Positions 1 through 10,366 are shown, numbered from the whole stretch's first letter. The stretch: DNA of 63,369 nt, filler included, from an uncultured Methanosarcinales archaeon (GCA_964550945.1; 4 parts of 3 records of this genome joined end to end with filler, not necessarily neighbours in it), one strand, 5' to 3'. A program made the numbers and translations. The notes: generated by a model not told the origin, from the sequence alone.

Positions 1-139
1 TTTTTGCATTTTGTATCACCAAAATGCTTAGGGGATTAACACTATATGTGTTTTTCCCCTAATTTCCTTAGAATTCTTATCGTCGAGATGTAATTTCAAT
101 CGGATTTACTGTATATAAGTACATTTTTCTCTCTGTAAA

Positions 140-757
140 ATGGAAGTTCCTGAATCATTTATCCATAGAGCAGAGATTCTAGCCGTATATAATAGACAAG
201 AGCAAATTTATGTTCCAACTTTGATGCCATTAGCAAAAGCTCACCTTGAAGCGCATCCGCTTAGTGGAATTCGCTATGCCCAGCCATTAACTGAAGGACG
301 TCTTCGTGGATTTAAAAATCATCCTAAAGGTATGATGGATGCTGATGATCTTGTAGAAGGTATACGGGGATTCACAGGAGATGAAAACTGGAAAAATGGT
401 TGTAGCTTGCCTTCTGGTGAATTTTACAGGCAATCCTTGGATGTACGGTCAGGTATAGAATGGATTTACGATGAGCGGAAAGTGGCTGCAGAAATTGGCC
501 TTGGAACCTATTTAGATAGAGAAGTACAAATTGATTTAACTGATCCTAGCCGCAGGAAGCTTCCAGAGCATTCATACGATCAATGGATGGAATCAGTGTG
601 GCGCGTTTGTGCCGCCATGACTTTATGGGGCCGTGAATATATTGATATAAGAGTAAACAAACACAATAATAGAACTAATATCCGTACTGATCTTGCATCC
701 TATGTTAATAAGGCGCTTGAAACTCCAGAGTTTACACAATTTCACTTGGTAAGATAA
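140..757 (+). CDS. hypothetical protein
   Basis: 205-aa ORF with ATG start; TATATAAG about 25 nt upstream; no family recognised. Confidence 0.6.
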   Translation: MEVPESFIHRAEILAVYNRQEQIYVPTLMPLAKAHLEAHPLSGIRYAQPLTEGRLRGFKNHPKGMMDADDLVEGIRGFTGDENWKNGCSLPSGEFYRQSLDVRSGIEWIYDERKVAAEIGLGTYLDREVQIDLTDPSRRKLPEHSYDQWMESVWRVCAAMTLWGREYIDIRVNKHNNRTNIRTDLASYVNKALETPEFTQFHLVR

Positions 758-777
758 ATAAAAAATAAAGAAAGAAT

Positions 778-1578
778 TTAAACCTTCTTCATGCCTTTCC
801 ATGCAAGGTCAAACAAATTGTCTACTGCGCTGGCAAAAAAAGGAGTGTTTACCCATATGCCAACATCATAGGTTGGATGGACTTCTTTGTCATCCAAAAT
901 CATGAATACAATCTCTTTACCATCAACAACACAGAACCTTGCTTTTGAATCTGTATGCCTTATTTCTGCCAATCCAGACATTTCCTTAGCAGCTTTCAAT
1001 GACTCCTTGGTTATTGGCGCAGCAATCCTTATCTTCACTCCCCTTCTCTTTAATTTCTCAAACAATGGCTTAAGGCCCTCTACCTTTCTCATAAGGCCCT
1101 GGGAGGTTGTCATTAATGTTACGGATTCTTCTGCTTTTTTTATTGTTAACTCGAGATGATTATATAAATTGTGCCTGCCTTTGATTGAGCCAGATAAATC
1201 TGAAGGCTCAATCAATTCAACGCCCTGGGTATGCAGCGTATTCAACTCGCCTATAACTTCTGTGCTCTTAAGATCGTCTAACCTTTTTAAGCTCTCTTTT
1301 GCGTCTTCTGTGACATTCTTTTTGACTCTCTCAAGAACCTCTGCTGGCGGCACTGCAATATACTTAATTGGCTTTCCAAGCTTCATTACAACAAAACCTT
1401 TCTTCTCAAGGCTTTCTAAAACATCATAACTTCTGCTTCTTGGAACATTTCCTATATCACTAAGCTCTCCAGCAGTTGACACGCCTCTAGAAAGCAATGC
1501 AGTCCAAATCTTAACTTCATACAAATTCAGAGAAAAATATCTCCTCAATTTGCTTAAAAATTCTTCCTTTACTATCAT
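778..1578 (-). CDS. TrmB-family transcriptional regulator
   Basis: N-terminal wHTH (LNLYEVKIWTALL...GNVPRSRSYDVLESLEKKGFV...KPIKY) and C-terminal PLD-like effector domain (ARFCVVDGKE). Confidence 0.9.
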   Translation of the reverse strand: MIVKEEFLSKLRRYFSLNLYEVKIWTALLSRGVSTAGELSDIGNVPRSRSYDVLESLEKKGFVVMKLGKPIKYIAVPPAEVLERVKKNVTEDAKESLKRLDDLKSTEVIGELNTLHTQGVELIEPSDLSGSIKGRHNLYNHLELTIKKAEESVTLMTTSQGLMRKVEGLKPLFEKLKRRGVKIRIAAPITKESLKAAKEMSGLAEIRHTDSKARFCVVDGKEIVFMILDDKEVHPTYDVGIWVNTPFFASAVDNLFDLAWKGMKKV

Positions 1579-1787
1579 TTAACCAACCCCCTTTTTATTT
1601 TTATTTACCTAATGGGGTAAAAAATTGGTACTACTATTAATATGTTACGGTTTTTTACCTCGCCTTAGTACGTTCATCTATGATTAGTTACAAAAAATTT
1701 CAACTCTGAAGTTAATACAAATTAATGGATTAATCTAAGCTTGTATATAAGTATTATGTAAGAATAAAATATATTTTTCGTCTATTG

Positions 1788-1910
1788 TGTCAAAAACTAC
1801 CAATCAGAGATGAGTGACATGCTTAAAACCACCCTGACTTGAGGGTAGTTTTTGAGCATGCTCAGAATTCCACCTTGGCTATCAATTAGTAGGCTGGTGG
1901 AATTCTGACA
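1788..1910. repeat. composite palindromic element (two hairpins joined at TGAGCATGCTCA)
   Basis: IR tcaaaaactacc 1790-1801 / ggtagtttttga 1844-1855; IR tcagaattccacc 1862-1874 / ggtggaattctga 1896-1908; related copies at ~28069 and ~33422. Confidence 0.85.
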
Positions 1911-1942
1911 TTTCAAAAACATATTATCCAGCAGTAGCAGCA

Positions 1943-3007
1943 TCAGTATCTTAATTTAAACCTTAATATTGCTGCTATGCCGCCGAGCCCATTAAGCCTT
2001 TTGCCTCCATCGTGCTCAGAACTGATAATATAAACATGGCCTTTCATCTTGTCTGCTGCTTTAATCAGAGAATCAATCTTACCATAAGTGCCTTGCTGCC
2101 TGGTTTTTTGTATAATGGCATCTGTGACCAACAATACATCAACTGCTCCGATAGTTATAGCCTCATCTGTGTCTTTTAAGCCGTATACTGCAAGATTATT
2201 TTTGGATATTTCCTGCATCAATTGTTCAACTAAGTTTACCTCTTGGGCTATGCGGTCGCTTTTTAAGGCTTGTTTTGTCTCTTCTCTCTTCAAAACTTCG
2301 TCAACGCCATTTTTTCCTACAGATGAACAAGCGCATAATACAATCTTATTTTTGAGCTCATTGTCTTTTAAATTTTTCATTAAGTCTTCTTTCCAGAAAG
2401 CGGGGCTTGCCAAAATCACTGTCTGAATCTTGTATCTTTCCACATACTCCTTGATCTGGCTTATTATCTCAAGATAAAAATTAGAGCTTGTTTTTTCTTC
2501 AATGCCTTTTTTGGCTACATTCCCTTTTATATCGGTTAGCATCTCATAGCCGTATTTTTTCATCAAGGCAAAATAGGCTTCTTCGCGGTCATGAACACAG
2601 ATCAATATTTTTGCTACCTTAGTCGAGCAAGCTTCATTTAGCTTGTCAAGCTGGAAACTTAGCCATCTGTCTTTGGTTATTGTTATGATGGAATTGATTT
2701 CGATGTTAAAAGTGTGATATGACCCTTTAGGGATGTCCTCTGGGCCTTCAGTTATCTTCCCAGAAACCCTAAGGATGTTAGATGTCTTGCTGAATTCTAT
2801 CTTTTCCGCTTTTAGCTTTAGAAAGACTGCCTTTTTCGAGACATTGGCAGAACGCTCGTCTTTTTCTCCAATCTTGATCTTTCTTATGGTTTTGCCCTTT
2901 AGCTCATCATTTGCGTCTATAATGGTGCTCAAATACCATAAATCGTCTAAGTTCTCTATCTTTACCTTTGCTTCTCCCTTTTTGATATCAGAGTGTATGA
3001 GCTTCAT
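1943..3007 (-). CDS. pelA: mRNA surveillance protein pelota
   Basis: ENLDDLWYL, GSYHTF and C-terminal SSEHDGGKRLNGLGGIAAILRF motifs. Confidence 0.95.
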   Translation of the reverse strand: MKLIHSDIKKGEAKVKIENLDDLWYLSTIIDANDELKGKTIRKIKIGEKDERSANVSKKAVFLKLKAEKIEFSKTSNILRVSGKITEGPEDIPKGSYHTFNIEINSIITITKDRWLSFQLDKLNEACSTKVAKILICVHDREEAYFALMKKYGYEMLTDIKGNVAKKGIEEKTSSNFYLEIISQIKEYVERYKIQTVILASPAFWKEDLMKNLKDNELKNKIVLCACSSVGKNGVDEVLKREETKQALKSDRIAQEVNLVEQLMQEISKNNLAVYGLKDTDEAITIGAVDVLLVTDAIIQKTRQQGTYGKIDSLIKAADKMKGHVYIISSEHDGGKRLNGLGGIAAILRFKLRY

Positions 3008-3114
3008 AGTCAGTCCTTAAAAGGAATAAATCAAAACATTTATATATAAATTTATTTATTTTTAGAATAGCGATAGGTATAGCTTTATTCGCTAAAAAGC
3101 GCTAGGTGATTTTA

Positions 3115-4293
3115 ATGAAAAAAAAATCCGAGGTAAATGCTGCTGTTCTTGTGGCAATAATTTCAGGCTTGATTGTGTTATACATCATGTTCTTGCCTGG
3201 AGAAGAAAGAAAAAACCTCCTTGAGAGCAATTTGACAGAGGAGGATAATGGAGATGAAGAAGATGTTTCTGAAGAAGTTTTATTGTTGGAGCATCCTGGC
3301 AGGCTGGCTTATCTCAAAGAAACAGAGATGGATCATGTTATACCCCCAATGAATCTGTATACTTCAACTGAAGCTACAATACTCAAAAGCATAAATTCAC
3401 TTTATGTGAAAAATGGAGTTTTTGACAAGCAAAGCAAAACAATAATCTTTTCAGTGACAGACCTGGCAAACACCAAAAATGTGATAATGTCATTTGATGT
3501 TAAAAAAAGTGAAGGAAGGCTTATAATAAAATTAAATGGATATGAAGTATTTAATGGGGAGGCCACAGAGAGAAACATGGAGCCATTGAATCTGGCTGTG
3601 GAGAACCTGAAAAGCGAGAATACAATTGAAATTTCAGCGTCTGAAGTAGGTTTTATGTTCTGGAAAACCAATGAGTATAGTTTAGAGAGTTTAAAGATAC
3701 TGGCTGATGTGACAGATGTAAGCGCAAGAAAAGGCTCTGGAGTATTTTTTATGGAACAGGCTGAATTAGATAACCTAAAAAGCTCAAAATTAAAGTTCTT
3801 CCCAGACTGCGAAGTAAGGAAGGTTTCAAAAATAGATGTGCTGATAAACAACTATAACGTATTCTCATCTATACCTGACTGCGGAATGCTGCAAACAGTT
3901 GAATTTTCACCATTTACCCTAATTGAAGGAGAGAATAAACTAGAATTCAAAACAGACAAGGGGCAATACCTTATTGACAGGATTGTGGTTAAGACAGAGC
4001 TTAAAGAAGCTCCAAGCTATGTGCAGTATTTTGAATTGAGCGAAAATCAAATGGGAAAAATAGAAGACAAGGAGATGGATTTAAACCTTACACTGGTTTT
4101 TGTTGACAAAGAAACTGAGAAGGAGGCTGATATAATAATAAACGGCAAAAAATCCTATATGCCTTTAACAAAAGAGATCAGCTTCTCGAAAAAGATAAAT
4201 GAATATGTTGAAGAAGGAACGAATTCATTGAAGATAATCCCAAAGAAGACCATTGATCTAAAAGACCTGAAAGTAGAGCTAATCGAGAAATGA
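3115..4293 (+). CDS. membrane-anchored beta-rich surface protein, possible class III (pilin-like) signal peptide
   Basis: MKKKSE followed by a hydrophobic helix (VNAAVLVAIISGLIVLYIMFLP); three repeated beta modules ending in ..GENxL.I/F. Confidence 0.7.
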   Translation: MKKKSEVNAAVLVAIISGLIVLYIMFLPGEERKNLLESNLTEEDNGDEEDVSEEVLLLEHPGRLAYLKETEMDHVIPPMNLYTSTEATILKSINSLYVKNGVFDKQSKTIIFSVTDLANTKNVIMSFDVKKSEGRLIIKLNGYEVFNGEATERNMEPLNLAVENLKSENTIEISASEVGFMFWKTNEYSLESLKILADVTDVSARKGSGVFFMEQAELDNLKSSKLKFFPDCEVRKVSKIDVLINNYNVFSSIPDCGMLQTVEFSPFTLIEGENKLEFKTDKGQYLIDRIVVKTELKEAPSYVQYFELSENQMGKIEDKEMDLNLTLVFVDKETEKEADIIINGKKSYMPLTKEISFSKKINEYVEEGTNSLKIIPKKTIDLKDLKVELIEK

Positions 4294-4357
4294 TAAGAGG
4301 TGTTTAGGATTAGAGTTCTTATTTTAAATAAGTTAATTTATAAAAAAGGGGTAGAGA

Positions 4358-7114
4358 ATGAGTAGACCGGACGGGTTAGATATATTGAATAGAATTCGCA
4401 AAGGAGGAGAAAATACAGAAGGAGAGTTAATAGAATCAGTTGATGAATCAGGAGAAAGAGCCGAGAGGGCAGAAGAAAGAGCTGATAAAGAAGAACAAAG
4501 AGAAGCAAAAAGCCAATCAAAAGCATGGGACACAGTTAAAAGTTTTGGTGGCAGAGCAGGAAGAGCAGGGGGCACAATTTGGCATGAAGGCGTAAAGCCT
4601 GCTGGAAGATATGTTGGTGGAAAACTTAGTTCTGGCGCAGACAGAATGTATGGTGTTGCAACTGCTGGTGTCGGAGGAGCAATAGGATTTGGTTGGACTA
4701 ACCTGTTTATCTTTCTATCCATTGTGTTATACGCAAGTGATTTAGGAACAAGATTTGATGGTATTGATATCGATAAATTTTCATCAAGCTTTTTGAGCTT
4801 TGACTGGCAGATGATTTTAGCCAATGGGGTTGTTCTTGTTATATTAATCAGTTACTACCTAATCAATATGTCTCATATCGATAGGCGTGATTTTATATCG
4901 TTTGCTATTCTAGTTGAGCTATTCTCACTAATCTTCTTCCTTGGCGGCTTTACATTTGGCGTCTTACATATAATCTTTGCAATATTCCTATACATATTCC
5001 TTATAAGGCCGACAGCACAGGATATGCCTGCAGCAAACTATACCCTATTTGTTTTGCTAGCATTTGATTTTTTTGGTTATGGCCTATTGGATTACTTTTT
5101 TCCAGGAATACTATCTAACCGACTGATAATTCCTGTATGGTTTTACTACACACTTCTTCTGACAAACCAAACACAGAAGGGTTATCTTACTAAAGCAGTC
5201 ATCATACTTGTCGTTTTATTGAATGTTGCAGTTTTTGCTTATGGTATAAACCAGACCTATAATATTGGAAAACCGCTGACAAGCGAGGATTATAGAACAG
5301 CTATTACATATGGCCAGACTGGTTTGCAAGGCATTAAAAAAATGGCTACTGGCCTTTGGACACAAGTTACCAAAGGATACACCAATATGCTAAATGAAGC
5401 AACAGGCGGCTATTATGAATCTGAAGTAGAAGAAAACGAAAAAGAGCCGTTAGGGGTGTATCTGGAGAATATTGAGCCCGCTGATTCAGAGTATTTTGAA
5501 AAGGAACCGGTTACAATATGGGCAACACTTAAAGCCAGGACTCTTGACAAGCCAGTTGGAATCCAAGTTAATTGTTCGGCAAAAGAGGTTCAGGGAAAAG
5601 TTACACCGCAGCATAATTTTACTATCCAGGCAATAGATGAAGAGGATATAAGCTGCAGATTTGATGAGCTGGACAAAGGCAGCAATACAATAACATTGTC
5701 TGCTAAATTCAATTTTGAGACAATGGCTTATCTAAAAAGCTATTTCATGCACCAGGAAAAATTAAATGCATTAAAAAGGCAGAATATTGACGTATTTAAT
5801 GAGTATGGCATTACAGATAGAGATCCTATATCCAAATGCACTAATGGGCCTGTCAATTTAGGGATAGGCACAAAAGCGCCTCCAATAGGGATATTGAAAG
5901 AAGGAGAAGGGGTCAATGTAATGCCTAAACTTGGCGTTACGATAACAAATATCTGGGAGGGGGAAATCACAGAGATCAAAAGGCTAATAATCCAGGTTCC
6001 AGATTCATTTGTGATAGAGCCTGGTTCCTGTGATCGCGAATTTGTTGAATCTAATTTGGTTGAGAGCGGATTTAACATCTATGAGCTAAAAAACCCGCAT
6101 GATAATAAATTAAAGAACATCACAGAGCATGTTACTTTTAACTGCAGATTACAGCTAAGAGACCCAAGCAGGTTATTAGGGGATACTCCTTTATCTATTA
6201 AATATTTTAGGGCAAGCGCTGACTATATTTACAGCGCCAAAAAAACAATCACTTTGGATATAAAAGAGACAAAGTTTGCTGAAGGCTCTTATATGGGAGC
6301 AGATTCAGAAGCAAGGCCAAAAAAAGGCTGCTATGGAAAAGATGAAACAACATGTAGAGGAACTGAGTTATGTTTTGTTTCATATGAAAAAGGCACGTTT
6401 AAAGAATGCAAAGAATGCGCAACAGACAAAAGAGATTGCAGCCTAATCAATAAGGAGAATTTCTGCCCCAATGATGTAACTATATGTGAAAACTATTGCA
6501 CACAAGACCCTTGCTATCATTATTGCAAATGGACATGGACAAACCAAGCTAAAGGATTAGGAAATTGCGTGAATAAAGATATAATCGAAATAAGAAAAGA
6601 ATTAGCTTGGCCTCTGGCAAAAGGAAACAACATTATCACAAAATGTTATGAAAATAAAAAAGATGACAAGTATTATGGCATAGCAATAAGCGCAAAAGAA
6701 GGAGATACAGTTTCTGCAGCTGACAAAGGGATCATTCTTGTGAACAATGATGATTTAAATGATAATCATGCGATTGAGATATGGCATTATCCTGGCTTCA
6801 AAACAAGATACCAGAATTTAAAGTTAGAAGAGAAGGATATTGCGACATTAAAATGGAAGCCGATTAAAAAAGGCGATAAGATTGGCGTTGTTGGCAATTA
6901 CAAGGCAAAAGAGACAGATGAGATATATCTTAATTTTGTAACACTTGAAAACAATCTGAAAGTAAATCCTTTGATTGGGGCATTGGAAATAAAAGGGTAT
7001 TACCAGCCAGAAAACAAAGACTTAGACCTAAAATTTAAAACAGCATCCAATTGCTGCCAATCAGGAAATGATATGTACACAACATGCAAAGCACCTGGCA
7101 GAGAGGTCTCATAG
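4358..7114 (+). CDS. multi-pass membrane protein with extracellular beta-sandwich region, Cys-rich region and degenerate M23-like domain
   Basis: Several hydrophobic helices at aa ~100-300; middle region resembles the downstream paralogues; Cys cluster; LAWPL...GIAISAKEGDTVSAADKG...KTRYQNL...KKGDKIGVVGN. Confidence 0.75.
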   Translation: MSRPDGLDILNRIRKGGENTEGELIESVDESGERAERAEERADKEEQREAKSQSKAWDTVKSFGGRAGRAGGTIWHEGVKPAGRYVGGKLSSGADRMYGVATAGVGGAIGFGWTNLFIFLSIVLYASDLGTRFDGIDIDKFSSSFLSFDWQMILANGVVLVILISYYLINMSHIDRRDFISFAILVELFSLIFFLGGFTFGVLHIIFAIFLYIFLIRPTAQDMPAANYTLFVLLAFDFFGYGLLDYFFPGILSNRLIIPVWFYYTLLLTNQTQKGYLTKAVIILVVLLNVAVFAYGINQTYNIGKPLTSEDYRTAITYGQTGLQGIKKMATGLWTQVTKGYTNMLNEATGGYYESEVEENEKEPLGVYLENIEPADSEYFEKEPVTIWATLKARTLDKPVGIQVNCSAKEVQGKVTPQHNFTIQAIDEEDISCRFDELDKGSNTITLSAKFNFETMAYLKSYFMHQEKLNALKRQNIDVFNEYGITDRDPISKCTNGPVNLGIGTKAPPIGILKEGEGVNVMPKLGVTITNIWEGEITEIKRLIIQVPDSFVIEPGSCDREFVESNLVESGFNIYELKNPHDNKLKNITEHVTFNCRLQLRDPSRLLGDTPLSIKYFRASADYIYSAKKTITLDIKETKFAEGSYMGADSEARPKKGCYGKDETTCRGTELCFVSYEKGTFKECKECATDKRDCSLINKENFCPNDVTICENYCTQDPCYHYCKWTWTNQAKGLGNCVNKDIIEIRKELAWPLAKGNNIITKCYENKKDDKYYGIAISAKEGDTVSAADKGIILVNNDDLNDNHAIEIWHYPGFKTRYQNLKLEEKDIATLKWKPIKKGDKIGVVGNYKAKETDEIYLNFVTLENNLKVNPLIGALEIKGYYQPENKDLDLKFKTASNCCQSGNDMYTTCKAPGREVS

Positions 7115-7116
7115 AA

Positions 7117-8130
7117 ATGAAATACTTTGCGGCATTTTTAGTCATTGTATTGTTTGTCTCAGGCTGTGGAACCACTAATAAAAACACAGACCCATCAGAA
7201 TTGATTAAGGAAATCTATAAAGGAACAGATGGCTTAGTAATGAGTTTTATGAAAGGAGCGCCTCCTGATGAAGTATACGAAGAAAGCCCATTTCCTATCA
7301 ATATAGAGCTTGAAAATAAAGGGGCTTATGATATTAAGGATGGCAAAGGCATAATCTCAATCGGCCTGGAGAATGACTATATGGAGGTTAGCGGATGGCT
7401 TGATAATAAACTTATAAGGGCTGCAGGAGATTCAAAAGCACAATTCGATTTACAAGGCAAATCCCAAGCAAATCCGAAAGGAGATAAGACAATAGCCTCT
7501 TTGGTGGTAGATGCCTTGAGGATAAAGGAAGAGATGAGCGAGAAACACGAGTCATTGATAATGGCTACTGCCTGCTATAAATACCAAACAAAGGTTATTG
7601 AGACTATTTGCATTGATACAGATGTCCATAATCTATTGAGTAAAGAAAAGGTTTGCGAAGTAAAAGATATAACATTGAGCGACCAGGGAGCGCCAATTGC
7701 TGTTGTTAAGATTGAAGAGTCAATGCAGCCTGAAAAATACGGAAGCCAATTAAAACCAGAGTTTATCATCAGTATAGAAAATAAGGGGAAAGGCCAGGCT
7801 ATTAAAGATGGCACTGATATTATAGAAAAGGCCTGCTCTGCTGAGCCATTGACTAATGATGAGCTGAATGTGATTGGTGTAAGCGCATTCCTTCCTGGGC
7901 AAGGAGACACTGTAAAACAGCTTAATTGTGATATAACCAAAAAAAATGAAGGAGAAAATAAGGCATATATAAAATTAAACGAAAATAAAGGATCAGCCAG
8001 ATGCGTGCTTGAAGAGGGAATAAGCACAGAAGAAGGCACATTTTTGAGCCCATTGACTATAATCTTGGATTATGGTTATACTTCTACCATATCTAAGTCA
8101 GTAACAATAACTAGGGTAGTAGGGTATTGA
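7117..8130 (+). CDS. putative surface lipoprotein, paralogue 1
   Basis: Signal peptide with lipobox FVSGC; shared motifs GxxGL, PPxEVY, CID...KVC, QGAPIAV, YGY. Confidence 0.8.
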   Translation: MKYFAAFLVIVLFVSGCGTTNKNTDPSELIKEIYKGTDGLVMSFMKGAPPDEVYEESPFPINIELENKGAYDIKDGKGIISIGLENDYMEVSGWLDNKLIRAAGDSKAQFDLQGKSQANPKGDKTIASLVVDALRIKEEMSEKHESLIMATACYKYQTKVIETICIDTDVHNLLSKEKVCEVKDITLSDQGAPIAVVKIEESMQPEKYGSQLKPEFIISIENKGKGQAIKDGTDIIEKACSAEPLTNDELNVIGVSAFLPGQGDTVKQLNCDITKKNEGENKAYIKLNENKGSARCVLEEGISTEEGTFLSPLTIILDYGYTSTISKSVTITRVVGY

Positions 8131-8215
8131 AAACTAGCATATTTTTTAAATTCATTCGAAATCATTCGAAACATTTATATATCCAAATAAGGAATAAATA
8201 AATCATCATCACAAA

Positions 8216-9154
8216 ATGAAAAAGAGTGTTGTAATTCTGATTGTAATAGCTTTTCTTATAGCTAGTTCTGGCTGTACTAGGAGAGAAGGTGAGCCGACAG
8301 AAGTGAATTATAGAACAGGTAATCAAGGCTTGGTGCTTGAGTTTCCAACAGACACTCCAAACGAATTATATGAAAATGATCCTAACGCAAAGATGGTTGT
8401 TCAGATAAGGAATCAAGGAGCGTTTCCTCAGCATGACAGCGGTGAATATCTAGATGGATGGGTTTGGGTCGGTGGTTTTGACAGAAACATTATGGATTTG
8501 AGATTTGAAGAAAACAGGCTGAGGGATGATGAACTAGAAGGAAAAAGCTCTTATAACCCTAGAGGGGGTTATTCGGCGGTTGTTCTTGGTGGGCCAATAT
8601 TTAACCTGCCAGAAGGAATGGAGATCTATGAGCCAAGGCTGCTTGTAACAGCAACTTATCATTATATGACCTTTGCAAATCCTATAATCTGTATTGACCC
8701 TGAACCAGGTTCAACTTACGTCAAAGAAAAAGTATGCGATGTTGAAGATCCGATATCTGTATCAAGCCAAGGAGCGCCAATCGCAGTAACAAGGATTGAA
8801 CAGCACGCAACCCATGATAATGCATTATTCAGAATTTTCATTAAGAATGTCGATAAGGGATTAGTAATTGACGAATACGAAATCGACCAAAACCCAAATT
8901 ATGGATATGACCTGGATAGCATGAATTATGTAACTTTAATGGATGTTAATGTTGGAAATGAAAGGATGACTGAGTGCAGGCCGAGCATAGGGGATAGAAT
9001 CAAGCTAATAGATGGAGAGGGGTATATATTCTGCAGATTTTCAACAGCCGGGAGAATCGAGGCATACACAACGTCACTAAACATCAAGCTTAGCTATGGG
9101 TATACCACTTCAATCGAAAGACCAATGAAGATATTTGAAGAGGTAATATACTAA
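8216..9154 (+). CDS. putative surface lipoprotein, paralogue 2
   Basis: Lipobox-like ASSGC; GNQGL, ICIDP...EKVCDV, SSQGAPIAV, LSYGY. Confidence 0.8.
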   Translation: MKKSVVILIVIAFLIASSGCTRREGEPTEVNYRTGNQGLVLEFPTDTPNELYENDPNAKMVVQIRNQGAFPQHDSGEYLDGWVWVGGFDRNIMDLRFEENRLRDDELEGKSSYNPRGGYSAVVLGGPIFNLPEGMEIYEPRLLVTATYHYMTFANPIICIDPEPGSTYVKEKVCDVEDPISVSSQGAPIAVTRIEQHATHDNALFRIFIKNVDKGLVIDEYEIDQNPNYGYDLDSMNYVTLMDVNVGNERMTECRPSIGDRIKLIDGEGYIFCRFSTAGRIEAYTTSLNIKLSYGYTTSIERPMKIFEEVIY

Positions 9155-9241
9155 AATAAATCCCCTGGAAATTAAATTTCCAAAAGATTTAAAAATACTG
9201 AAAATATAAAAATAGTTTAACAGTCTTTGGAGGTTGTAAAA

Positions 9242-10146
9242 ATGAAGAAACAAGTTTTAATAAGCGTAATTTTAATGGGATTTATGCTGTTAGTCGGATG
9301 CCAGCAAGAATCGCAAACAAAGAAAACAACTGCAGCATTCATAGGAGGAACTGATTCGGTAGCATTTGGTTTTCTTGAAGGAACCCCTCCAGAAGAGGTT
9401 TATGATGGCAACACCCAGAGTTTTGGGGTTACATTAAGTGTGGAGAATAAAGGAGAGTATGATGTTGCTAAGGAAGATATCAGCATATCACTTACTGGGT
9501 TTTATCCTCCAGAATTCAACAATCCTGTCGTTTCAAAAAACCCAGATGAAGATTTGGATGCTGCTTACATAGATTCAGAAGGCAATAAAATACCTGGAAC
9601 AGTAACCTATGTAGATTTTCCTGGATTTAACTTTATAGGGAGCTTAGTAGCAAATAATGATTACAAAATAAGGGCAAACATATGCTACATTTATGGAACA
9701 AAAGCCCAATCAGATGTATGCATTTTAGAGGACCTAACTGACTTAACTGCAGACACGGTCTGCAAAGTAAACGAAAAGAAAGCTGCAGCATCTTCAAGTG
9801 CGCCAATACAAGTCGAGAACTTTGAAGAGAATGTTGCTGGAAATGAAAAAATAACCTTCTCATTTGAGGTTGTCCATAGAAAAACCGGATTGATCTCAAG
9901 ATCTGGTTCAAGCTGTGATGATGAAGCAGCCAATAAAGACAAGGTGTGGGTTGAAGTTGACGATGGCTTGCCAGGATTAACCTGCAGCCCATTGGAAGAG
10001 GGAACTGCAACCACTGGCTTTGTAACCTTATATGGCGGAAAAAGGATTGTAAGGTGCACACAAGACACAACAGGTCTTACTGGAGATTTTGAAAAGAAAG
10101 CCAATATCAATCTAAAGTATGATTACAAAGAGCATGTTGAAAGAAT
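9242..10146 (+). CDS. putative surface lipoprotein, paralogue 3 (3' end lost at contig end)
   Basis: Lipobox LLVGC; PPEEVY, VENKGEYD, VCI...VCKV, SSSAPIQV; runs into the linker. Confidence 0.8.
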
Positions 10147-10246
10147 NNNNNNNNNNNNNNNNNNNNNNNNNNNNNNNNNNNNNNNNNNNNTTAATTAATT
10201 AANNNNNNNNNNNNNNNNNNNNNNNNNNNNNNNNNNNNNNNNNNNN
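10147..10246. other. artificial contig linker
   Basis: N-run containing TTAATTAATTAA (stops in all six frames), 100 bp. Confidence 0.98.
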
Positions 10247-10366
10247 AGGATTAATCCCAGTTATATTTTTCAGTAAGACTATTCCTTTCTCTAATTGAGC
10301 CTGGTCTTTTCCAGTTCCGATGTTTAATGTTATTTTCTCTAATTTGACAGTTTTCATAGGATTCAT
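10247..10366 (-). CDS. rpl5: 50S ribosomal protein L5, N-terminal fragment
   Basis: Manual translation MNPMKTVKLEKITLNIGTGKDQAQLEKGIVLLKNITGINP; follows S4e. Confidence 0.92.

Noticed and set aside
10147..10246. TTAATTAATTAA repeated three times in the window inside N-runs
   Set aside because: Artificial six-frame-stop contig linkers, not biology; they also invalidate cross-contig gene neighbourhoods.
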